DNA of 64,000 nucleotides from Flavobacteriales bacterium (GTDB lineage Bacteria; Bacteroidota; Bacteroidia; Flavobacteriales_F; PHOS-HE28): assembly GCA_016704485.1 (NCBI GenBank), contig JADJAA010000001.1, positions 1,554,824 through 1,618,823 on the forward strand, written 5' to 3'. The notes beneath the pieces are model-generated. The model had not been told where the DNA came from and did no database searches. It worked only from the letters and a program-made list of their open reading frames with translations. The translations under genes and the position numbers were made by a program. Below are positions 17,621-27,017 of the stretch, in pieces. Each line of letters starts with the position of its first letter. Within the stretch, counting starts at the first letter, position 1.

Positions 17621-20600
17621 TCAAGCACTGCGCTCACCCGGCTGTGCGTTCCCTTGCACCCACTCCACTACCGAGATGATCTTATCCTGATCATTCTCAT
17701 TCGGGAATAGGCCGAAGATCCCTTCTTGGTGTAGGTCCGTGAACGTTGAACCCGGCTCTGCGAGCATGCGTTTGTCGATCACGCCGTTCACCGTGAGGTG
17801 CCGAATGATGGAATCGATGAAGTGGATCTGCGTAGCACTGAAGATGGAGCCGGACAAGAATTCGCCGAAGGCTGCTTTTGCTGCGCCTTCATCAAGGCCG
17901 ATGATGCTGCGAATGAAATAGCCTAGTGGCCGTTCCTCGCCAAGTTCCTTCATCAAAGCCTCCTTCGTGCCGCGTTCGTCTCCATCGAACAGGATGCGTT
18001 CCAGTTCCACTAGCTCAGCGGTCGTGATCGGCTCATTGGTGTATAGTTTGTGAATGGTAAGCTGGTGTTTGTGCGAGCGGATGAACTCCTCTACACGCAT
18101 CCGATAGCTACGCATGGTGTAGCTACCTGGCATGGAGATGATATCCTCACCCTCGCTCACCAACTCATCTCTCAGGTCCGAGTATACCACTTTGCGTTCC
18201 TCGCGCGGTATCAAGCGCACTAGATCGCGCAATTGTTTTCGTGTGAATTCCAAGGCTTCCAGACCGAACACAGCGGCTCGTTGTTGTTGATCATTTGCGA
18301 CATCAAGAACTGCTTTGATCGCTGGATACCGCTCCTGCACTACGGGAATGTTGGAGAGCCGGGCAAGCTGTGTGGCGGTTGAGGCCAACGTGCGGAACAG
18401 GCGATCTACTGACGGCGCCTCTTGGGCCACAGCAATTTCCAGATCGAGCATAAGTAGGTCAAATCGTTTGGCCAGCTCGTCCTTGTCCGGTAGTTCGATC
18501 AAGTGACCAACGGTCTCGAACAGATCACTGATCCCGCTTTTTGATAACGCATTCCATGCGGTACGTTCACGGTAGTGATCGAGCACACGTTGCGCAGGAC
18601 GAATGCGCACGGTGTGCCGCAATTCCCAAAGTGCCTGGACCCAACTATGCGCACTATTCAAAAGCTCAACGCGTAGTGCTTGATCTTTTGGTACCTGATG
18701 GGCTGGTTCACGCAGTTGTTCACTAAGTAGGATAGTTGCTTCAAAGATCCGTTGCGATAGGCTGGGGGAGCGCACAGGTTCAATGCCTTCCGGCCGCAGG
18801 TTGAAGAAGCTGTAGTTGCCACAGAGATCGAAGATCCTGAAGTTCTCCTTGTGCTGGCCGGGACCGAACAGATCCGGGCATAAGCGTGTGCCGCGGCCAA
18901 CCATTTGCCAGAACTTGGACTTGCTATAGACCGGTTTAAAGAACACCAAGTTCACGATCTCAGGAATATCAATACCCGTATCCAACATATCCACACTCAC
19001 GGCGATCTGTGGATACCGGTCCTTATCACTGAAATTATCTATGATGCTCTGGGAGTATTGCTCCTTACTGTGTACCACCGACATGAAATGCCCACCGTAC
19101 TGCGGGAACTGATCTTCAAAACGGTTCTGTATGGCCCGGGCATGGTCTATGTTCCTTGCAAAGACAACGGTCTTGCCCAGCTTCTCACCACCTTCCACTT
19201 TGATCCCGTTCTCCATCACATAGGCCAACACCTGATCGATGGTGTTCGAGTTGAAGAGCCAGTTATTGATCGCGGGCGCTCCGATCTCTTCGGGTATATT
19301 CCCTTGGTCGTCCCGGAAGGTCTCTTCGTAATGTGTCCTATCGCTCTCACTCAGGTCATCGTAGCGGATACCGCGTTGCAGAAAGCCGAAGTCCACTGCT
19401 TTGCCAATGGGCGGCACCAGAAAACGATCGGCTACGGCCTGCCCTAATTCATAGAACGATGTCGGGTTATGCTCTTCGCAATCGAACAAGGCATAGGTAT
19501 CCCGATCCCCTTGGTCGTGTGGTGTTGCAGTAAGGCCGACCAACAAGGAATCGAAATAGGTGAAAATAGCACCGTACCGATCGTACACTGAGCGATGCGC
19601 CTCATCCACAATGATCAGATCGAAGTGACCGACACCGAAGGTCTTCACATCATCACTCCGCACTTGGTCCACGCGGTTCATTACCGTGGGGTAGGTGCTG
19701 AAGACCACCCGTGCGCTTTCATCATAGCGCTGTTTGGTGAGATCCAATGTGGTAACATTCGGCAGGTTCTTCTCAAAGGCCCGTTTTGCCTGTGTGACCA
19801 AGGCATTGCGATCAGCGAGAAAGAGCACACGCTTCGCCCAATTCGCTTTCAGTAGAAGGTCCACTAACGCGGCAACGGTACGCGTCTTGCCAGCCCCAGT
19901 GGCCATTACGATCAATGCTTTTCGCTTAAGACCGCGCATGCCATCTTCATCCACCCAACTTTCTGCAACCCGCTTGATCGCTTGATGTTGGTAATAGCGT
20001 TCCACGATCTGCTCATCGATCGGCACATGCCGAATGTTCACACGACCGATACGCCGATCAACGACCCGTTGCAATTCGTCCCGCGTGTAAATGCCCTGTA
20101 CAGCGCGTGGACCATAAAAGGTGTCATCCCAGATCCACGTATCGAAACCGTTGCTATAGAATATCACCGGGCGCTGTCCGGTCATGCGTTCCAGGCAATC
20201 AGCGTAAAGGCTTGCTTGCACACGGCCTTGTTGGGCATCGTGGGTGGTGCGCTTGGCCTCTACTACGGCCAGCGGTTTACCATCTGCACCCCAGAGCACG
20301 TAATCTACCTTGCCGTTGCCGTTGGGATTGGTGCTCAATGGCATCCCTGTTACCGGGTATTCGATCACGTTGGATGCGGCAGGGTCCCAGCCTGCTTCGC
20401 GCAACAGTTCATCAATGAAGAGTAACCGTGTATCCGCCTCCGAATATTCAGAAGCAGGTATGGGTATGTTCTCATGGCGCTCCTTGCGCTCCTGGATCGC
20501 TGCCAGGCGTTCTGCCAATATCTGCTTTTCTCCTTCTAATTTCAACCGTTGCTCGCGCTCGGTCTCCATCGCTACACGTTGCGCTTCATAACGCTCCTGT

Positions 20601-21079
20601 AACTGTTGAAGCTCCGCGCTGTTCGGAACTTCCTTCACTTTCACTTGTACTATGAGTGCCTCCTCTTGGAATGTTCCTACCTCGATGTCGAATGCGCTGT
20701 ACGTACGACCCATCCATTTCAAGAACCGGAACAAGAGGCGCAATGAGGCTACGCTCTGGCTCTCCACCACCTTCTTATCATGCGCAGCGGCATTGCCGGT
20801 ACGCCGGATGTACTGCAGGTCGATGTAGATGGGTGGTGGTATCAGTACCCGGAAGGACCGTTCATCCATCAACGCGCTCAACTGGCTGTTGTAAGGGCGC
20901 TGTAGGTCACTGTCGTTATCATACAGCCAGTGCACGGTACGTTCCAACGCACGGCGGGCATACACGGCAGAGGCGATCGGTGCGGCCAAGGCATACCGCT
21001 CCGCGTCCATGGCCTCCTTCGCAATGGAGGGCCACTCTTCAACGAGGAAGCGGAAGTTGCTCGGGGTGCTCAACGACAT
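17621..21079 (-). CDS. hsdR: Type I restriction enzyme R subunit with N-terminal DUF4145/HEPN-like domain and EcoEI_R_C-type C-terminus
   Basis: N-terminus YARRALERTVHWLY...YIRRTGNAAAHDK. Nuclease VDYVLWGADGKPLAVVEAKRT. Helicase MATGAGKTRT, IIVDEAHRS, LTATP. C-terminal FIRSIIGLDEGAAKAAFGEFL... Confidence 0.9.
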   Translation of the reverse strand: MSLSTPSNFRFLVEEWPSIAKEAMDAERYALAAPIASAVYARRALERTVHWLYDNDSDLQRPYNSQLSALMDERSFRVLIPPPIYIDLQYIRRTGNAAAHDKKVVESQSVASLRLLFRFLKWMGRTYSAFDIEVGTFQEEALIVQVKVKEVPNSAELQQLQERYEAQRVAMETEREQRLKLEGEKQILAERLAAIQERKERHENIPIPASEYSEADTRLLFIDELLREAGWDPAASNVIEYPVTGMPLSTNPNGNGKVDYVLWGADGKPLAVVEAKRTTHDAQQGRVQASLYADCLERMTGQRPVIFYSNGFDTWIWDDTFYGPRAVQGIYTRDELQRVVDRRIGRVNIRHVPIDEQIVERYYQHQAIKRVAESWVDEDGMRGLKRKALIVMATGAGKTRTVAALVDLLLKANWAKRVLFLADRNALVTQAKRAFEKNLPNVTTLDLTKQRYDESARVVFSTYPTVMNRVDQVRSDDVKTFGVGHFDLIIVDEAHRSVYDRYGAIFTYFDSLLVGLTATPHDQGDRDTYALFDCEEHNPTSFYELGQAVADRFLVPPIGKAVDFGFLQRGIRYDDLSESDRTHYEETFRDDQGNIPEEIGAPAINNWLFNSNTIDQVLAYVMENGIKVEGGEKLGKTVVFARNIDHARAIQNRFEDQFPQYGGHFMSVVHSKEQYSQSIIDNFSDKDRYPQIAVSVDMLDTGIDIPEIVNLVFFKPVYSKSKFWQMVGRGTRLCPDLFGPGQHKENFRIFDLCGNYSFFNLRPEGIEPVRSPSLSQRIFEATILLSEQLREPAHQVPKDQALRVELLNSAHSWVQALWELRHTVRIRPAQRVLDHYRERTAWNALSKSGISDLFETVGHLIELPDKDELAKRFDLLMLDLEIAVAQEAPSVDRLFRTLASTATQLARLSNIPVVQERYPAIKAVLDVANDQQQRAAVFGLEALEFTRKQLRDLVRLIPREERKVVYSDLRDELVSEGEDIISMPGSYTMRSYRMRVEEFIRSHKHQLTIHKLYTNEPITTAELVELERILFDGDERGTKEALMKELGEERPLGYFIRSIIGLDEGAAKAAFGEFLSGSIFSATQIHFIDSIIRHLTVNGVIDKRMLAEPGSTFTDLHQEGIFGLFPNENDQDKIISVVEWVQGNAQPGERSA

Positions 21080-21273
21080 GGAGGCGCAATTGACGATATT
21101 CTAAGCACTTGTACAATTACAAGATGCGAATAAGTCGAGCCTATGATGTGCGGCTTGTGATGGTAACTGCCGCGTGTGGCCCTTTACGGCTCTAAAATAC
21201 ATGTGGATACTTCAGAACCGGTCTTCTTGCTGCTAAGAGAATGCTAATTCCTCTGAAGCACTACATTGCGGAC

Positions 21274-23375
21274 ATGTGCACCCACACACGCCTGCTATTA
21301 GTTGCGATCGCCATTTTTGGTCGTAGGGCTATGCACGGCGCAACAAGATGGACCAACCGAGGAGGAGCAGCCAACAATTATCACGGCGGAACAACTGCAG
21401 GACTTTAATTCGGTAGTGCCCGGCATGGGTCGACAGATCCCGGGAATATACTTGTCCAACTACGGGCTTCTGTGTTACCACTTTGGGGATGATGGCACAT
21501 TCGCATCGCGCGACTTGAATGATTCCGGTTGGGTCGCAGCCGGTTCATGGTATGCGCCCATCACGTTGCCAAAGGAACAATTGGACACTGCGCAAGCCCT
21601 GTGGGTGCGGTACCATCTTCTCTGCGACAGTTCCCTGCGCGGTAGCCCATTGACACTAAGTTTGGGATCCATTGCCGGTATTGAGATCTTTTTGAACGGC
21701 CATCGGTTGGTGCACGTCCGGGAATTGCCGCCGGTTGTTCATGATCTTGATCAACCAATTTGGGACACGCTGCGGCGCTTTACCCTACCGATCACATTCG
21801 CGTGCCAAGGCGAACCAGAAGTGCTCGCTATTCGGATAGATCCGGCAAGGAATGGAATTCCCTACCCCACTTTGCACTATACGAACTTCGCCTACAACGT
21901 ACAGCTGTCCGCGATGCACTATGGTGTCTTCATCGGGGTCAACGCCATCATCTTTTGCTCGCCTTGGTCCTCTGGTCTTTGGACCGGAATGATAAGCAGT
22001 GGTGGCTACTGGCCCTGCTGGCCTTCGTTACAGGATCAGGGTATGCGCCAAGTTGACCAGTGAGATGGGCTTGTTGGGTTTGCCGTGGCCCACCATCCAG
22101 GTCATTGGCATTATTGACAAGATCCTCCTTCTATGGCCTATGTATGTGCTTATCATGGTCTTGTGGCGCATGCTAGGTGGGTTATCAAGTCGGCGCGCCT
22201 TTTGGCTCACCTTCGGTGTCTTGTTCGTTTCGGCAACCAGCGCTGGCCGCTTGTACTTTTTCGGGAAGATCTCCTGGTCATTTTCGGAGATCACGGGGGA
22301 ATACAGCATAGATGCAGGTTTGTCCGATGATCAGTGGCCACTTTTGGTCGCACTGGTGGTTGGTGCGGTACTGCGCTATTCCATAGCGCTCTGGTTCGCG
22401 ATCGAATTGATCCGACTTGGCATTCGCCTGGTGCGTAAGAAGGGTTTCGGACGTTGGATCGGGGCAGGGGCGCTTGTGTCCAGTCTGTTGAGTTTCCTCT
22501 TGACGTGCTTCGGCCTGGTCACTGAAATACCATCTACGACATGGCTCACACTTTCCGATTATCTCGCCTATGTTGCTGTGCCGGTTTCAGTCGTCATTTA
22601 TCTGGCCGTCACTGCCGCTCAAAACAACAAGCTGGTAGCGCGTCAACGGGATGATCTTGATCGCGAGGTGGACGACCGTACCGCCGAACTTGTAGCGGAG
22701 AAACAAGCGGTGTTGCGCGAGAAAGAACGCAGCGATGAACTACTCCTCAACATCCTGCCATCCGAAGTGGCGGAAGAACTAAAAGCCAACGGTTCGGCAA
22801 AGGCGCGGGACTTCGATCCCGCCACCATCCTGTTCACCGACTTCAAAGGCTTCACGGAGCTATCCGTGCAATTAAGTGCTCAGGATCTGGTGGCCGAGAT
22901 CAATACGTGTTTCGAGGCGTTCGATGGGATAATTTCCCGGTACGGTGTGGAGAAGATCAAGACCATTGGCGATGCTTACATGGCGGCAGGTGGCGTGCCT
23001 GATCCTCTGCGCGGATCACCGGCAGGTGTTGTAGAGGCCGCGTTGGAGATGCAGGAATTCATGGTCAGGTACAAAGCGCAACGAACAGCCTTGAACAAAC
23101 CGGCCTTCGAGATGCGTCTCGGTGTTCACACCGGCCCAGTGGTGGCGGGCATCGTGGGTGTGAAGAAGTTCCAGTACGATATCTGGGGCGACACCGTGAA
23201 CACGGCCAGCCGCATGGAGAGCAATAGCGAAGTGGGCCAAGTAAACATCTCGCAGAGCACCTATGAACTGGTGAAGAACGTGCCGGGACTTGCCTTCACA
23301 TCGCGAGGCAAAATACCAGTGAAAGGGAAAGGAGAGCTGGAAATGTACTTCGTAAAGAGAGGGCCGGTCGCATAG
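21274..23375 (+). pseudogene. 7TMR-DISM-type class III adenylate/guanylate cyclase with a broken reading frame (at least 3 shifts)
   Basis: Track ORFs 21302-22063 (extracellular 7TMR-DISMED2-like domain), 21760-22056 and 21999-23375 (TM helices plus cyclase domain IKTIGDAYMAAGG...GVKKFQYDIWGDTVNTASRME) occupy three frames. The sensible protein path is: signal peptide MCTHTRLLLVAIAIF (ATG 21274, frame 1); LVVGLCTAQQ... (frame 2, shift at a T5 run near 21313); ...GVFIGVNAIIF then LLALVLWSLDRNDKQWWLLALLAFVTG (shift near 21950); then KLTSEMGLLGLPWP... (shift near 22045). Confidence 0.6.
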
Positions 23376-23388
23376 CCATTTCCGATCC

Positions 23389-23460
23389 CTACTCCCCCCA
23401 AAACGCCCCCTGCAGCAAAAGCCCGAACAAGTCCTCGCTCCGGCGTAGGTTCGCAGTGGA
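23389..23460 (-). pseudogene. Orphan 3' end of an hsdS gene (about 23 codons plus stop)
   Basis: Hand translation STANLRRSEDLFGLLLQGAFWGE*. The intact hsdS C-terminus is AASLHQSEGLFGSLLQGAFRGELGN*. 52 of 63 nt are identical to 24315-24377 in a hand alignment. Confidence 0.7.
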
Positions 23461-23476
23461 ACACCGGTAGTGCTGT

Positions 23477-24274
23477 CTATCCACTCCACTTCACGATATC
23501 CGCCACTACCGTCTTGTAGCTCAAGCCACGCAGCCGTTTCACCACCACGATGCGGGTATCTCCGTACTGCTCTGCGCGTTCGACCGACGAGTCAGTTGGT
23601 CTACTTTCCTTGATCCCCAGCCCCGTGCGAAAATGCGACCACCACGTATCGTTGGTGAGCACCACACAGAGTTTCGGCTGTAATTCCTCCAGTTCCATGC
23701 GCACCAGATCCACGCATTCGGGTCGTTGCAGGATGCGCTCGTCCACATCCGGATTGGCCACTTCGCCACGGTTCTGCGGTGCGATCTTGTAGAGGTTGGA
23801 CCATACCAGTTGACGGTTCCATTCCCACGCGTCCTCATTTGTGATGCCGTGCCGAACCTGCATCAGCTTGACCGTGGCCTGCCAGAAGAACGATGACCAA
23901 GCGCGGTAGTTCTTCTCCCGTTCGGTATACCAGGCTTGTTCTTCCGGGCTACACTTGTTCAAGGTAGTGTTCGTCCACAACACGTTCACCCAATCCAACG
24001 GGGAGTGGTCTTTGAAGGGTTCGTTGGAGTAGCGCTTGCTCTCTTCTATGCGGCCCCTCGGTACTGCCTTCGTGAAGTCCCACTCCGGGTGCCAACCACC
24101 CACGGCCTGGCCGTAGACCAGCACATCAACCGGTTCATTCGTTCGCGTACCGATGCTCGGATAGAAGTCTGTGAAGTGGGTGCGTTGCGGAAAGGTGCGC
24201 GCCAGTCGACGTTGAAAGGCTTCCAAGTGTTGCTGGTAGGCGGCGTTATAGGTTGGTGAGAGGGTGCGATACAT
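23477..24274 (-). CDS. Hypothetical 266-aa protein lodged between hsdS and the hsdS remnant
   Basis: ATG at 24274 (MYRTLSPTYNAAYQQHLEAF...). The longer track ORF to 24451 runs out of frame through the hsdS 3' end. There is no confident family. VDVLVYGQAVGGW faintly resembles UDG-superfamily motif 1, but this is unverified. Confidence 0.6.
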   Translation of the reverse strand: MYRTLSPTYNAAYQQHLEAFQRRLARTFPQRTHFTDFYPSIGTRTNEPVDVLVYGQAVGGWHPEWDFTKAVPRGRIEESKRYSNEPFKDHSPLDWVNVLWTNTTLNKCSPEEQAWYTEREKNYRAWSSFFWQATVKLMQVRHGITNEDAWEWNRQLVWSNLYKIAPQNRGEVANPDVDERILQRPECVDLVRMELEELQPKLCVVLTNDTWWSHFRTGLGIKESRPTDSSVERAEQYGDTRIVVVKRLRGLSYKTVVADIVKWSG

Positions 24275-24302
24275 TATGTCCGTGCTGCGTGATCCTCTTC
24301 CG

Positions 24303-25448
24303 TTAGTTCCCCAACTCCCCCCGGAACGCCCCCTGCAACAAACTCCCGAACAAGCCCTCGCTCTGGTGTAAGCTTGCTGCAATGCAGGTGCGCTGCTTTT
24401 GGATGTTATGGAGTAATGTTCCGAACCGTTCCTGCGCTTTGAGTGGAACAAGTGGAATACGCATTCTTCGGATCTCTTCTGTTGTGATATTCTTGAAGAT
24501 GGCTCCCACCGACTTATCGCTGACCCCTACGGCGAGCATATTCAGATAATGGTAAATGAACCTCAGGTCAAAGCCTTTGTCAAAGTCACGAAATCCTGCA
24601 AATCCATCGTGTATGCAACAGTCGACCATCAGGATCGCTGGCAGGCCTGGCTTCCCACTTACAGCCATCACCAAGTCACCACGTTTCATTGGACGACTGC
24701 GCTGTGAGCCTTCAATCGTGAGTGAATCGATCTGAGGTGTCACATACATCCCATCACGGGTCAAGTCTGCAACCATTAGGCGAGGCACGGGACCTCCAAA
24801 GTATCGCGCATCACCCTGTGGTCTTGGACTGCTCCCACGGACGACCTCACACAACGAACCCAAGTCTACAGTTTCCCACCCCCTCTCATTCCGCACCGGA
24901 TCCCCGAACAGCTCCAAGAACAGGCTCTTGGCAAGTTGGTCGTAAACCGCCAAGGTTCGCCGGTCGTTGGCCACCAGCGCCTGCGCCTTGTCCAAGATCG
25001 CCGCGATGCGACGCTGCGTGGGGAGGGCGGGCGGAGCAAAAGGTAAGCTGCGGATATCTTCTATCTTGAAGCCTTTCACCGTCGCTCCGTTTCCACGCGA
25101 AATGAAGTAATTCTCTTTCGCAAATAGAAAGTAATAGAGATAGGTCTGGTCAACCTTGCCATTTATAACAAGCGCCTTCAGATCCTGATTGAATGCCATC
25201 GGCACGTTCGTGATCGACATGCGCCCAAGAGCCATGCGTGTTGCAATCAATAACGTTCCGGCTGGAACTATCTGTGTCGCACAATTATCTACACCGCGTT
25301 CAGTGATCGACTCGTACGTCTCCGAAATATGCTTTGATGTAAGATCCTTCACCGTAGCCCATGGGACATCACCTTCCCAATAGCCCTCGATATCGCGATT
25401 AGGAGTACCACCACCAAGTATCTGGATATAATTGCCCAGCACGCTCAT
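24303..25448 (-). CDS. hsdS: Type I R-M specificity subunit
   Basis: 381 aa with two TRD halves, each followed by a conserved helical spacer (...LPTQRRIAAILDKAQALV... and ...LKAQERFGTLLHNIQKQR...). 4-nt ATGA overlap with hsdM. Confidence 0.9.
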   Translation of the reverse strand: MSVLGNYIQILGGGTPNRDIEGYWEGDVPWATVKDLTSKHISETYESITERGVDNCATQIVPAGTLLIATRMALGRMSITNVPMAFNQDLKALVINGKVDQTYLYYFLFAKENYFISRGNGATVKGFKIEDIRSLPFAPPALPTQRRIAAILDKAQALVANDRRTLAVYDQLAKSLFLELFGDPVRNERGWETVDLGSLCEVVRGSSPRPQGDARYFGGPVPRLMVADLTRDGMYVTPQIDSLTIEGSQRSRPMKRGDLVMAVSGKPGLPAILMVDCCIHDGFAGFRDFDKGFDLRFIYHYLNMLAVGVSDKSVGAIFKNITTEEIRRMRIPLVPLKAQERFGTLLHNIQKQRTCIAASLHQSEGLFGSLLQGAFRGELGN

Positions 25449-27004
25449 TTCAACAACGCCTCCAATTCGTCCAACAATTTCACACGGTCGGCGGCCAATT
25501 GGCGCAGGCCGGGTTCTCCCTTTTTGCCGTTGATCAGCTCGGCGGGCGTGGCATACTTCACTTGCTCGTACACCACCTCCTTGTAGCGGTTTATGCTGAG
25601 GTCCCAGTTGTTGGCCTTCAAGTCCGCAAAGGGCACCAGAAAGCTCTGGTCGGTTCGTGCACGTTTGCTTTCACCTTTCGCACCGAAGCGCGCTAGGATG
25701 TCGGCGATGTTGCTTTTCTCGTGCAGCGTTTTCGCTCCCTTGGTGGGCTCGGTGTATTGGAGTTCAAGCTGTTCTTCGGTGAGTTGCGGTGTGCGCTTAT
25801 CATCCAACGAGAAACCGTCGGCACGCATGTCGTAGAACCACACGTTGTCGGTACCGCCGCTATCGGTCTTGGTAAAGATCAGCACCGCGGTGCTCACCCC
25901 TGCATAGGGTTTGAATACGCCGCCGGGCATGCTGATCACCGCTTGCAATTGCTGGCGTTCGATCAGTTCCTGCCGCAGTTGCTTGTGCGCCTTGCTGCTG
26001 CCGAAGAGCACACCATCGGGCACGATCACAGCTGCGCGGCCACCTGTGCGGAGCATGCGCAGGATCAGACCTAGGAAGAGCAACTCGGTCTTCTTGCTGC
26101 TCACTGTGCGCAAGATCGCAGGGTCCACAGCGTCGTGGTCCAAGCTGCCTTTGAACGGCGGGTTCGCTAACACCAGCGAGAAGCGCTCACTGATGTGGCC
26201 TTGCTCTTTGCTAAGCGCATCCTGCCCGATCAGTTGCGGGTGCTCAATGCCGTGCAACATCATGTTCATGGCACCAATGCGCAACATGCTGGAGTCGAAC
26301 TCGACCCCGGTGAAGAGGTTGGTGTTGTAATGCTCGCGGAACTTCTTCTCGTGGAAGCTGTCCGGGTGCGTGCGCCGTATCTCTTCGCTTGCCGCCACCA
26401 AGAAACCGCACGTGCCGGCACTGGGATCGCAGATGGTATCGGTGGGTTGCGGAACCATCAGTTGCACCATCATGCGGATGATGTGGCGCGGTGTGCGGAA
26501 CTGGCCGTTGCGTCCTGCCGTAGCGATCTTGCCCAGCAGGTATTCATAGAGGTCGCCCTTGGTGTCGCGGTCGGCCATGTCCAGCGCGGCGATCATTTGC
26601 ACGGCGCGGTCCAGCAACCGCGCGGAGGGGATCATGAACGTAGCACCCTTCATGTGCTCACTGAACACGCTGCCCTCGCGCCCCATCTGCTTCATGAAAT
26701 CGAAGACCGTGAGGTTATCGTTCTTCGCATCAGGCCGCGTAAAGAGCGCGAACAATGTATCCGGGTCCTTGTCCTTGAAACTGCTCCACCGCAACGCCTT
26801 GTACTTGGGCGGGTAAATGGGATCCTTGATGGGCCCACCGAGCTTGGCGCTCTGCTTCTCTTTGGTGGTCTGGATCTCATCCATCCGGCGCAAAAAGAGC
26901 AAGTAGGTGATCTGTTCGATAACCGTGAGCGGATTGGCGATGCCGCCAGTCCAGAAGGCCTCCCAGAGGCGGTCGACGTCGGAGCGGAGTGTTCCGTTTA
27001 TCAT
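25445..27004 (-). CDS. hsdM: Type I R-M DNA methyltransferase subunit
   Basis: HsdM N-terminal domain. FRTPRHIIRMMVQLM, motif I ICDPSAGTCGFLV and motif IV VLANPPFKGS are all intact. Confidence 0.92.
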   Translation of the reverse strand: MINGTLRSDVDRLWEAFWTGGIANPLTVIEQITYLLFLRRMDEIQTTKEKQSAKLGGPIKDPIYPPKYKALRWSSFKDKDPDTLFALFTRPDAKNDNLTVFDFMKQMGREGSVFSEHMKGATFMIPSARLLDRAVQMIAALDMADRDTKGDLYEYLLGKIATAGRNGQFRTPRHIIRMMVQLMVPQPTDTICDPSAGTCGFLVAASEEIRRTHPDSFHEKKFREHYNTNLFTGVEFDSSMLRIGAMNMMLHGIEHPQLIGQDALSKEQGHISERFSLVLANPPFKGSLDHDAVDPAILRTVSSKKTELLFLGLILRMLRTGGRAAVIVPDGVLFGSSKAHKQLRQELIERQQLQAVISMPGGVFKPYAGVSTAVLIFTKTDSGGTDNVWFYDMRADGFSLDDKRTPQLTEEQLELQYTEPTKGAKTLHEKSNIADILARFGAKGESKRARTDQSFLVPFADLKANNWDLSINRYKEVVYEQVKYATPAELINGKKGEPGLRQLAADRVKLLDELEALLK

Positions 27005-27017
27005 GGGGTGAAGATGG

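Noticed and set aside
1396-23375. The two cyclase C-terminal sequences as attL/attR-type duplication delimiting a mobile island.
   Set aside because: They are in inverted orientation and only about 78% identical (94/120 nt by hand), with mostly synonymous differences. They are diverged paralogs, not a recent target duplication.
23477-24451. The full 324-aa track ORF, and ORF 23016-23489, taken as real N-terminal extensions or genes.
   Set aside because: The first 59 codons of 23477-24451 read through the hsdS 3' end in another frame (Cys/Arg/Gly-rich). ORF 23016-23489 is antisense to the cyclase domain. ATG 24274 gives the sensible start.
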